The position numbers and the translations under genes are program-made. 64,000 nucleotides of DNA from Octopus vulgaris (taxonomy: Eukaryota): contig OX597830.1 in NCBI GenBank assembly GCA_951406725.2, positions 52,762,001 through 52,826,000 on the forward strand, written 5' to 3'. Position 1 is the stretch's first letter. The number at the start of each line of letters is the position of its first letter. This document shows, in pieces, positions 13,660 to 25,989 of the stretch. The notes under the pieces were generated by a model. It made no database searches. It was not told the DNA's origin and saw nothing but the letters and a program-made list of their open reading frames with translations.

Positions 13660-14735
13660 ATTCCATGGCATGTGTATGTGTGTACCTGCAGAAAAAGAGT
13701 TTAGCCTCAATGACATTTATGCTGACATGGTTGCTACATTAGAGGATGACATGCCAGCTTTATAAATAGTGCTAAAAGTGGGCAGCTGAATTTAGGAGAA
13801 TGGAGAGTCTTGAAGATGACCCAAAGTTTGAACATCCTGCAACTGCCACCACATGGTAATAGATGACAGGTGATTAACTATAAATCAAATAGCCAATGCT
13901 ATAAGCATATACTGTGAGTGTTGAGAATATTCAGCACAATGAACTTGGTATGATGAAGGTTTCTGCTCAGTGGGTGCCACATTTTCTGACCCATGATCAA
14001 AAGTGCACCAGACTGATGACATGACAGGAAAATCTGACATTGTTTGAGGCAGATCCAGCTGGTTTCCTTGAACATTTTCAAAGCCAGGATGAATGTTGGC
14101 TTCATCACTTTAAGCCATAGACAAGGAGATAATTCATTCAGTGGAAACACCCCTCCTGACCTGCTCCAAAGAAGGTTGTTAAGGTCATATCATCTGCAGA
14201 GAAGGTGATAGCCTCAGTTCTTTTGAGATGCAAAAGACATTGTGTTTATTAACCATCTTCAAAAGGCCACAGCATCAATGGAGAGTATTATGACAACTTG
14301 CTAAGGCAATTAAGAAAGGCTATCAAGACCAAATGCCCAGAAAAACTAGCAAAACGGGTTATTTCATTATAACAATACTCCAGTTCAGTCTTGGCTTCAA
14401 CAGCTGCTGTGCATAACTGTGATTTTGAACTGGCTGATCACCCTCTCTATTCTCCTGATTTGGCTCCACCTGACATTCTCAGCTGTTCTCCAACATGAAA
14501 AAACACTTGGCTGAAAATCAGTAATGCAATGATGATGATGATGATGTCATGTCTGCTTTTAATGACTTTTTTGACCAACAGGATGAAAGCTTCACCAAAG
14601 AGACCCAAGCACTGCAATACTAATGGAAGAAGTGTGTGGACTGCAAGGAGAACTACGTAGAAAATTAACCTCAATTAGTCACATTCCATGGGACTATCTT
14701 GGTCAGCTTATGAATGTTTCAGCCAACCCTGTTAT
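13660..14735 (+). mobile_element. Degenerate mariner transposon (transposase pseudogene)
   Basis: Relic motifs KWAAEFRR, WVPHFL, DECWLHHF, HPLYSPDLAPPD, KCVDCKENYVE; many stops and frameshifts; right-end TIR-like sequence near 14700-14735. Confidence 0.88.
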
Positions 14736-16219
14736 GTGATGTATAGATATATAAGCATGCCCTTGCATGGATATATGTATTCATTGAAGCACGTGTGTGT
14801 ATAACCTTCAGCCTAGAGTTCGTATAGTTTGTCTAATGCTATCTTGTTTGCATTTGACATACACCTACACACAAAACACATACATCTCTTTGAATTGAAA
14901 TAGACAATTTGAAGATTTTCTTTCAAATCTGAGAATAAAACAATTAGCTTGATTGTTGATTTTCTTTCTTCCTTGTATTTTCTTTTCTATTTAAAATAAA
15001 CAAAGAACTCAGTTAACAACCAAATTTGAAGCTCTCTCCACCTAATTGGAACCAAATTATTTTTGTAAACCCATAAATATCATATCTATATCCAAAATCT
15101 CATAAAGACATCGTATACACACAAATATATATATATATATATAATTATAACAATGAGGGTCTTAGCAACAGGTTGCTAGACCTCATACCGAAAGTCAGTA
15201 TATATATATATGGTGGTGCCCCAGCATGTTCACAGCTAATGAGTTGAAACTAGACCAAATCAAATCAAAAGAGAGAGTGTGTGTGTGTGTGTGTTGCATG
15301 CCCCTTTGTCCCATAACTTAGCACTTCAAACTAGACTGACTGAAGTAGTATATACCAACCACCTTTCAGGATGTACTTCTGGGTGCTTCTTTTTTTGTGT
15401 CACTGCCACTAGTGTGGTTGCTTAGTAAATTGCAAGACAAAGAACAAAAACATGAGTAAGAAGATGGGTGTGGGTTATTAGGGAAGTGGAGCAAGCACTG
15501 AGGGGGACAAGAATAGGTGCCTTGCAATAGAGGAGGCACGCGAGTACCCCACATTATAGTTGAGTAGTAGTAACTGGGAAGATGTGTGTGTGTGTGTGTA
15601 TCAAATCATGTCCATGACTATATAGGTTACTGGTAGAAAATAAAGTGGGGAGCAATGATATTGAGATTCAAGGATAGATTTTAAAAATGGATCCAAGGAG
15701 AGGAGAAGGTTAACTTATAGCACAAAAGAGGACGAAATAGGTCAATTCTGCCCCCATATGATCTACAGCAGCTGAACAGTGCCATACTTAGAGGAGTGAT
15801 AGAAGGATGTGTATTAGGAAGACAAGAGATGGAGAGGGCTTGATGGGAACAGAGTCCAGTGACAATATTAGATATAAACATAATGAATACACACACACAA
15901 ACAGCAGTGCATTAGCTATCAGTTCAAAATTTACTTAAAAACTCAACTGCAGATAGTGAACTGTATGCACAATGGTCATGAAAGTGAGAGGAGGGAGAGG
16001 TAAGATTTGTATGATTGATGTTCTGCTTGAACTTTAAAATGAAGCATGTGTGTGCGAATTGTGCTTGTGCATAAAGCAGGAATATTTAAGAGTCAATGGA
16101 GTGAGTTCATACTCTCTCTTGAAAACAAACAAGCAATAACTGATACAAAATTATAAATTTCTTGCATAAGGCCCATGACAAGACATTTCAAAGGATGGTG
16201 GTGGTGGTGGTGGTGGTTG

Positions 16220-16600
16220 TGGTCATCTCCAAGTAAATTTTCAAGTCATTTAAGTAAACTGGCCATCTCCAAGTCACTTAAGCAACCTGGGAATTGGGTC
16301 ACTCAATCGGATCATCTCCAGGTGGCTCAAAAAAAAAACTGCTCATGTCTAGGTTACTTAAATAAACTGACCATTTCCTGGTCACTTAAACTGGTTATCC
16401 CACCAGTTCACAAACTGGTCAACTCAAAGTCACATGAACAGACCGTTAGGTCACTTAATCAAACTGACCAACTCCATATCACTTAAGCTGGTCATCTCTC
16501 AGTTATTTAAACAAACTAGTCACCCCTCCAGCTCATAAATTGGTCATGTCTAGGTCACTTGAACAAACTGGCCATCTCCAGTCACTTAAACTTCAAGTCA
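16220..16600. repeat. Degenerate minisatellite, unit about 24-30 bp (aaactggtcatctccaggtcactt)
   Basis: More than 10 diverged units visible. Confidence 0.75.
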
Positions 16601-17856
16601 CTTTACCGTAACCCATTCACATTCTGGTTTGTCACGTGTATTGCTTATTTATTCACATTGTTTTGAATTAATAACACATTTTGTAGCTTCAAGATTTCAA
16701 TGGTGTGTTTGCATATTTTTAGAATGACATTGTAAGGTATGTGTGAGAAGTTAGATTTGGTCAGTTTTAACATAAAACTGGTAGAATATTTGGATTAGAC
16801 ATGGCCAGATTAGATGCTAAATGGTTAAATCCTTATGCTCCAACCATAAATAACCTAATTTACTTTATCTCAAACTCTTCCCCCTTAACACCCACACTAT
16901 CATCACAAGCCCATTCCTGACTATTTCACCATCCCCCATCTCCACCCCACACTATAGCCTGCATCCTGGTGTGATCAACCAATTATCTCCACACTTTACA
17001 CTCTCTTTTCTTATCTCTGCTGCTGTACTTTGAGAAACACCTACCACTTGCTCCTTCCTCTGTACTTTACACCATTAAACATCTACTATTACTATCTGTT
17101 CTTTGATAGACTTCCCTTTGTTCTTGCTCATTTCCTTAACTACTGTATCTCTCTTGTTTCTGGATGACCTCAACTGATGCCCTCTAACACTAATTTCACT
17201 TTAGTTACCCCACCCTTCTCCCATCCCCCCTACCATTCTACTCCTCCAGCAGCTTCCCATTAAACTTATATATTTGTCAACACTATGCTAATAACCAGAT
17301 TCTTTTGACGACAGTAACATGATTTCCATACATCTATAGTATTATGGGACTTTATAACATTATATACTCGGTAATAGCATCAATCATGTTTCATCCGAAA
17401 CAGCTGTAAAGTTAAGACTATTACTTTTATTAATCATTCCTTGTAAATACACTCCATATACATACTTTTATCTGCCTTTTTACTTCCATCCCTGCATCAT
17501 GAAGATCATTTTCATAGCCAACTTCCTGCACCAGAACCACCCAATGCTCAATGAAGGAATCAGAATTTAAGTTTTGATTTATCTGAACACTACTTGATTA
17601 TTATCAATTACCAAACTTATTTTAGCATTCTCCTTCATACACAGACACACACACACATACATGTATAGTTAAATAAGCACTCAATACATGGAAAAGTACT
17701 GCATAGTGTTTACATGTAGAAGAGTTTATTCAATTCTTTTGAAGCTGATTGTTCATTCTGTGGCTCCTCATTTCTTGCTTATGTCAACATTCAAGTAACA
17801 CACCTCAAAGGAAACTCTGAGTAGTGACAGAGTCAATCCTCAACTTTCAAACAAGT

Positions 17857-17894
<38 letters not shown>

Positions 17895-18461
17895 ACACAC
17901 ACACACATACACAAAGACAGGTAACACCATCATCATCATATTCTCACTGATTTTTTGTCAGCTTTTTCTATGCAGCCATGAATTGGACAAAACTTTTGAT
18001 GACAGTATTCCACTGAAAGATGCCCTTCCTGATATCAAGCCTTGATTGTTTTTGTTTTTGTTTTTCAGACAGTGAGTTAGACAGGTGGACAAATATAGAC
18101 AAATATATACATAGGTAGACAGGCAGAAAGGTAGGCAAGTAAGGAGGTAGATAGAAAAACGTTTTTTTAAAAATTCTTTTTCTAACCACAGTCACTGCTT
18201 AGTTGATTATGTGTCCTAGTACTTGTTTCACTCGGGTACATATTTTAGCAATCTCTATTCAATAAACCACTAAGTTACAAGACAGAAACGGGGCATGACA
18301 TACACAAAACACCAATGTTAACAGGGTGTTGAAACCAAACCAAAGTAGGCATTGGAGCATAATACAAACTGGTGAATCATACAACCATGCCAGCATGGAA
18401 AATAAATGTTAAATGATGAGGATCATCTATATTACACATGTGTGTGTTTGTGTGTGTGTGT

Positions 18462-18771
18462 GGAGGCGCAATGGCCCAGTGGTTAGGGCAGCAGACCCGC
18501 AGTTGTAGGATCACGGTTTCGATTCCCAGATCGGGCATTGTGAGTGTTTATTGAGCGAAAACACCTAAAGCTCTACGAGGCTCCAGCAGAGGGTGGTGGC
18601 AATCCCTGCTGTACTCTTTCGCCACAACTTTCTTTCACTCTTTCTTCTGTTGGCCTGCTTGCTTAGCCAGCGGGGTGGCGTCATTTGAAGGCTAAAACAA
18701 TGCAAAGCGCATTGTGACCAGCAATGTGTAGCAACATCTGATAGTCTGGTCAGTCACGGTGATTATGGTGA
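18462..18771 (+). mobile_element. tRNA-derived SINE (another family)
   Basis: ggaggcgcaatggcccagtggttagg...ggtttcgattccc (A and B boxes). Confidence 0.7.
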
Positions 18772-18789
18772 TATATATATATTATATTA

Positions 18790-18903
18790 TATTTTATATT
18801 TTATCTAGTTTCAGCTCACGAGCTGTGGCCATGCTGAGACACCGCCATTCAAAGTAAGCGTTTGCATGCCGGGAATCGAACCCGGGCCGCCTGGGTGAAA
18901 CCC
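18790..18903 (-). mobile_element. Short SINE-like element: 3' half of tRNA-Glu(UUC) fused to a SINE tail (not a functional tRNA)
   Basis: Minus strand TTTCACCCAGGCGGCCCGGGTTCGATTCCCGGCATG matches the anticodon-to-acceptor part of metazoan tRNA-Glu(TTC); the D-arm and 5' half are absent. Confidence 0.7.
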
Positions 18904-19272
18904 ATCATCATCCTCATCATTATTTAGCATCCGTTCTCCATGCTGGCATGGGTAAGATGGTGTGATTGGAACTGGTACATTGGAGAGCTGCAACAGGCTC
19001 CAGTCTGTTTTGGCTTGGTTTCAACAGCTGGATGCCTTTCCTAATGTCATCCAATATATATATAAATATATATATCAAATGAACACAGGCATGGCTCTGT
19101 GGCTAAGAAGTTCATTTTGCAAACACATAGTTTCAGGTTTAGCCCCAGTGCACAGCGCATTGAGCAAGTGTCTTCTACTATAGCTCTGGGCCAGCCATAT
19201 CCTTGTGAGAGGTTTTGATTGACAGAAACTGAAAACAGTCCATTTATATGTGTGTGCATGAGAGAGAGAAAG

Positions 19273-19307
<35 letters not shown>

Positions 19308-19615
19308 ATGTGTGTACATGTGTGTATATGCATGAGTGTTCATGTCTCCTTGTCTATATTTTGTGCATTAAGTGTAAACAAATGTCACTCATATTAAGCA
19401 GTGTCATTTGTTTGCAATATTCCAAGAAGAATATACCCAGCCATTTGTGCTGTTCGTGTTTACAGGATCAGGAGAAATACGACAATTTTGCTTGGAAGTA
19501 AGTGAGGGTGGATGACAGGGAGAGCATCTAACGATAGAAAATCTGCCTCAACAAATTCCGTCTGACTCAGGCAAGCATGGAAAGGTAGACATTCAAACAA
19601 CAATGATGACATTAT

Positions 19616-19672
<57 letters not shown>

Positions 19673-19944
19673 ATAACAAAGGGTAAAATTAATTAATTAA
19701 GAAGTAATCAATAATTTCACCAAGTAGAATTCGGCATGAAAAAGGACCATTTCACAGTAAACTTAAGTAATACTTTATAATTAGGATTCAGCAAAGATTT
19801 GCTTTACCACATACCAAAGTTTAGAAATAGCAGCCAAAAAATAGCCAAATAGCTAAAGTAGAAGAAATAGCTAAGGTTTTTTGGCTGCTATTTCTAAATT
19901 TCGGTATGTGGTAAAGCAAATCTTTGCTGAACCCTAATTATAAA

Positions 19945-20031
<87 letters not shown>

Positions 20032-20136
20032 GAAAGATGGGAAATAATGAAGAGAAAGCAAACCAGTAGAAACAGGTTTTGTATTTTCTTTTGCATTGCA
20101 TTGCTTGCATCATCCTTATTATTATTAGTAGTAGTT

Positions 20137-20167
<31 letters not shown>

Positions 20168-20409
20168 CAGAGGAGCTCAAAGTGACACAAAAGTCACCTT
20201 AAAAAAAAAAGAGAAGACTATTGCAGTCCTGTATCCTGAAACAGAGAAATTCCAGGGAGAAAAAGGGATTAAAGGGGTTATTGTTTTCGTCTTTTATTTT
20301 TATCTTTTTCATATTTGCGCAGGGAAGAAAGAAGGAAAGAAAGAGAGCAAGTGAGAAGCCGAACAGCGACAATAACAACAACAACAAGTAATGCATGGAA
20401 AGTCTCTGT

Positions 20410-20496
20410 TCATTTCTTCACAATTTGAATAACATCATCGTGGTGCATCTGGTGTTGGATTCCAACTCTCTGAGGACTGTACTTTACACTGGAACC
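20410..20496 (-). CDS. DRG2: DRG2 last coding exon ([28 protein letters not shown])
   Basis: ttgcag acceptor; TGA at 20412-20410. Confidence 0.95.
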   Translation of the reverse strand, partial: GSSVKYSPQRVGIQHQMHHDDVIQIVKK

Positions 20497-22842
20497 CTGC
20501 AAGAAGAGAAGTACAGGCATCTTGGTTAGTTCTTCACAGCCGGGATTGGTTAGAACAAATTTAGCAGAGTCTTTAGAATGTGAGATAGAATGCCTAATGG
20601 TATTTGATCTGATCCTAAGCATGCTCTGTGTTCAAATCCTGCCAAAGTCGACTTTGCCTTTAACCGTTTCGTTACTGTATTTATTTTGAGATGTTCAGTG
20701 TTTCTTTCAATTACTTTAAATATAACAAAAATTTTAGTAAAATAACTTAGTTATCATTAAGCTAGTGTTAGCAACATAAATTGTGACTAAGGTTTGGTGG
20801 AAGATTTTAATTCAAAACTTATGAAAACAAGACATTTTACCACAGAGCCAGAACCGGTTTCAACCGGGTTCATAATGAAAGGGTTAATCCTTTCAGGGGT
20901 TGATAGTAACCAGGACTTTGGACTAGTGTCTTCTACTACAGCTCTGGGCTGACTAATGCCTTGTGAGTAAATTTGGTATATGGAAACTGTGTGGAAGCCC
21001 ATTGTATATGTGCATGTATGTGTGTGTGTCTGCATTTGTTCCTCCATCACCACCACTGCTTGACAATTGGTTCTTGTTTGTCTATATTCCCATAACTTAG
21101 CAGTTCAGCAAAAGAACTAATAGAATAAGTACTAGACTTAAAAATAATAAAGTATGTACTGAGGACAATCTGTTTAACTGAAACCATTGAAGGCAGTGCC
21201 CCAGCATGGCCACAGCCCAATGCCTGAAACAAGCAAAAGATAAATCCAAGGTAGCAGACTGGCTGAAAGTGTGAGCAGGTCAGGAAAGACACCTTGTGGT
21301 ATTGATGCTCTTTGCATCCAAACACAAACACTATAAAACCCCTCTGGTGCCAAGATGCACCAGCCCACAACTGTGGCCTTTCCTGGTGTATATATTGATG
21401 GTAGGGAGAAGGCTCTGGCCTGCACCTACATGTGTAGTTGCACAATCAAACATGAGTGACAAGCCCCTTAAGTAGTTGTGGTGACTGACTGACACCTCTC
21501 ATTCTCAATATCTTCATTCCACCAAGGAGAAAGTCTGAATGCAGTCACACTCAACCTACGACAAGTTACAAGTATCTCACACAAATCTCACCTAAGTGTT
21601 AACAATAAAAAAAGACAAACAGAATTAGATAATGTGGTCCTGTATACTCTTAAGACGGAATGGTCATGGCTGGAATGCATCTGAATCATAGATTTACTGG
21701 ATCAGAGACTAATGTGTTCGTATTCTGTGAAACCTCCAAAGAGAGTGGAGGAAGAAATTTGTAAAATGATGAGTTTCACCAGCTGAAGCATTTTAAAGTT
21801 GTTTAACCCTAGGTAAATATTGATTGAGTAGACTTGCAACCAAAGATAATCTGATTTCGATGTTTCTAGGATTTATTATTCAATGTGTATTTTCTTTATT
21901 TAAGACGGCAAAGTGCGATTTGATGTAAAATGAAAATGATGATGTGATGTATAAAATGGAGTGTGTGCAGACTCACAGCTTTTGCTAGGATGAAGCATAC
22001 ATAGTTATGTCCCTTTTGAAGGTGACACAACAACTCATGGTGTCCAGAGAAAAGTTTAACCCTTTAGTGTTCACATTATTCTGCCAAAATTAATGGTTCT
22101 TCATCCACATTGTTTTGAACTAATCATGCATTATCTTGTAGCTATGAGATTTTGATGAGGTAGCTGTTAATTTTTAAAACGATATTGTAGGGTTGGTGTG
22201 AGAGACCAGATCTGGCCTGTTTGAACATAAAACAGGCAGAATACTTTTGGCCGGATATGGCCGGTTTAAATGCTTATGGGTTAAAGGATTAATCCTCTTT
22301 TACACAGATTGCCAAATGAAAGAGGAGAATCCAAGGAACCTAATGATGGTCTATGTTGGTAAATAGTATTTTATTATGGGGAAAGAGAAGAGGTGTGGGG
22401 GGTTTTGTTGGGCATTTGATATCACTTCAATGAAGAATCCAGTCAAAAATGTTAGACATCTCCTATTAACTGATTCCAAGACAAAATAATTTATTCCACT
22501 TGGTAAATGGCAGGGCTTGCTTATCGTACATCAAATATAAACATAAAGAGTAAAAGACAAACAGGTGATGACTTACCCATACTAAAGCATATTTGAATGT
22601 ATTAACCAAGGATCTGTGAATGGAGTGACACTGCAAAAACAAAAACAAAATGTAATAAGAATAACATGGAAATTCCTCAAAATCGGAATATCTTACATCA
22701 CTAGCTCTATTTTTTAAAACAACAAAGATGGTGTGCTTCCATATGGCCACAACTGAGTTAACAGAATAAGCTTTGGCCAATGTCCAGCAGGATATGCTCT
22801 CCATCAACCAGAAGATATAGAGTTAAAAAAAAACTAAACATA

Positions 22843-22892
<50 letters not shown>

Positions 22893-25800
22893 TATACAAA
22901 AATGTTGATAGTGACTTTGAAGTTTGGGCCAGGTAAGCTGTGAGGTGAGTCATTCTATACAAAAGTACAGAGTAATCATCAGATTATTTTTCTTATAACT
23001 GAACATAAAAACTAATATTTATACACACACACACATATATATATACACACATACATATATAGTTCAACTTTACAGAAAACAAAAGACGAAGACAGGTGAG
23101 GGAAGGAAAAGCAAGTATATATATATAAAATTAATCCAAACATGTAAGCACAAAAAAACACAACGCGAGGACGTGGAACAAATATAGTATTATTGGACGC
23201 TCAGGAAAGAAGGAAAGAAGGAGGGTTCAACGTTTTGAGCGGAGCTCTTTGTCGGAAACATAGGAGAAGGAAAAATCCAGAGAAGAGAAGACAGAGGAAA
23301 AAAATCGCCAACAGTACACACGCAGTCACATTTTAGCGCACACACACACATGCAGCTAGCCATTACTTGTGAATGGTATGGCTTGGTAACGTGCACTGTG
23401 ATTTTCTTAATTGCATTAAGAGTCACAGTAATTGCAAGCATACATAGATGTCTTTTCAGCTTTTCACAACTGACTCAGCATATTCAGGATGTGACAGATG
23501 GATGGTGAGGGCTGCACCAACATCTCTGCTGGTACTCATTTTTAACTGAGAAGACCTAAAAAACAGTGTAAAATGAAGAGCCTTCCTCAAGGATGCAAGG
23601 CACTGCATGGTTCAGGAATTGAACCCACAACCTTGTGCATATGAGTCAAGCACTAGAACCACTAGGCCACATGCCATCGATATAGACAGACAGGCAAATA
23701 TATCTGTATATCTAAATGTTTTATGGAATCAGATGTTCTTTTGGTTTGGGTCATGAATACAGTCAATGGCATGAAACCTTACTATAAACTTCCCAACCGC
23801 ATGGTTTCAGGTTCACTCCCATTGTGTGGTGTCTTAGGCAAGTGTCTTCTACGATAGCCTATGGCCAACCAAAGCTTGTGAGTGGATTTGGTAGATGGAA
23901 ACTGAAAGAAGCCTGTGAAGGGCATCCAGCCATAGAAACCATGCCACAACAGACAGTTGGAGTCTGGACAGCTCACAGCTAGCCAGCTCCATGTCAAACC
24001 GTCCAACCCATGCCATCATGGAGAGGAGATGATGATGATGATGGTGTGTGTGTGTGTGTGTGCTTTTGTGTCTGTGCTTGTTCACCACCACCACCACCAC
24101 CACTTGACAATCAGTGTCAGTGTGCTTTTGTCCCTGTAACTTAGCAGTTCGGAAAAAGAATCTGATAGAATAAGTCCCAGGTTTAAAAAGGAAATAAGTA
24201 CTGGGGTTGATTAGTTCAATAAAATTCGTCAAGGTGGTGCCCCAGCATGGCTGCAGTCTAATGACTGAAACAAGATAGAAGATAAGTCTCTACTTACCAC
24301 ATGTTCAACAAGGCAACCTCTTCTTAATATCAAGCCTCCATCGAAATCAGGACTTTCTGAAATATAAATAATACATAAAAATAAACAAATAGTATATAAG
24401 TAGTAACAGCCACTGATTTGATAATTGATAATGTTTGTTGTGGCATGGTTTCTATGGCTGGATGCCTTTCACGGGCTTCTTTCAGTTTCCATCTACTAAA
24501 TCCACTCACAAGCTTTGGTTGGTCTTAGGCTATAGTAGAAGACACTTGCCTAAGACACCACACAATGGGAGTGAACCTGAAACCATGTGATTGGGAAGTA
24601 AACTTCTTACCACACAGCCATGCCCGTGTGGTTTTGTTCTGGATGGAAATCTTTAGAAAGGAATGATTGTCACAACTTCTCGCTTCCTTGGTAACTAGTA
24701 TAATTAGATAACAAAACTGTTGTTGGTGGTGTTGTTTTAGCCACAACTTGACCCTGAGAAAAAGGCTGGGGTGAGTGGTGGTGTTATGTAAAAAGTACTG
24801 GTGCTGGTACCACCTAAAAGGCACAGGTGATGATGCCACATTAAAAAGCACCCAGTACACTCTGTAGAGTAGTTGGCATCAGGAAGGGCATCCAGAAGTA
24901 GAAACCTAACCAAAATAGACTATGGGATCTGGTGCCTAGCCAGTTCCTGTCAAACTGTCCAACCTATGCCAGCATGGAAAACAGACATTAAATGACAATG
25001 ATGATGATGATGATAACAGAGGTTATAGGAGAAACAGCACAGAAGAGACTGAGGCAAAGGTGGTGTGTCACTGACTGAACAGGAACAGAAGGTGTTGAAG
25101 TAGCAGTATAGGAGAGGCCAACAAATGAACCAAAACACATCTGTAAGTCAATGGTTGTAGTGCTGTGTTGGTGAGACAGAGTCTTTGCTAATAAGTCTTT
25201 TTTCAGATGCAATCCGGAACATATGAGTAAATGCTACTGCTGTCATCATCACAATCGTCATAAACAAAACAACTTCTAAGCTTTCAACGAATACCAACAT
25301 CCCTTCCACAAATGTCGCTTGTTTAAAAAAAAAACAAATGCAAGAAAAGCGAGGAACAACTACTACAGTACTTACCTCCCCTTTTTTTCGTATAAACTCG
25401 AACTAAGGCCAGATGTTCCCAAACACACTCCAGTAAATAGTCAAGATTTAACTTCATATTACAGCTGGAATAGAGTGGAATGGAAAGGTGACAGTTGAAT
25501 GTGGTGGATGTAATAACATAGGAGTGTAGAGACTGTGAGGAGAAAGAAGGAGAGATGAGAGGGTACAGGGGTCTGTAAAGAGAGAGGATGAAGTGACAGA
25601 AAAAGGAGAGAAGGGTAACAGGAGTGGCAACAGAAAAAAGGGAGAGAGAAAGAGAAAGTAAAATAGAGGAAAAGTTAAGGGTAATTTTGGAAAGTGAGAA
25701 TATAACTGGATATGTGTGTGCATGTGAGTGAGAGACAGACAGACATATACACATACATACATATTCACACACACACACACACATATATACTACACTCTCG

Positions 25801-25949
25801 GAGTGGTTGGCATTAGGAAGGGCATCCAGCTGTAGAAACTCTGCCAGATCAGATTGGAGTCTGGTGCAGCCATGTGGTTCACCAGACCTCAGTCAAAATC
25901 CTCCAACCCATGCTAGCATGGAAAGCGGACGTTAAACGATGATGATGAT

Positions 25950-25989
<40 letters not shown>

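Noticed and set aside
17385-17415. GAAACAGCTGTA half-hammerhead
   Set aside because: The CUGANGA half is missing. It is probably a decayed pLTR but cannot be supported as a ribozyme.
18862-18903. tRNA-Glu gene
   Set aside because: Only the 3' half is present; there is no D-arm or 5' acceptor strand.
25203-25255. C/D-box snoRNA candidate in DRG2 intron 11 (minus strand GTGATGA...CTGA)
   Set aside because: Only about 50 nt, no terminal stem, the C box overlaps a (GAT)n repeat, and I recognised no rRNA complementarity.
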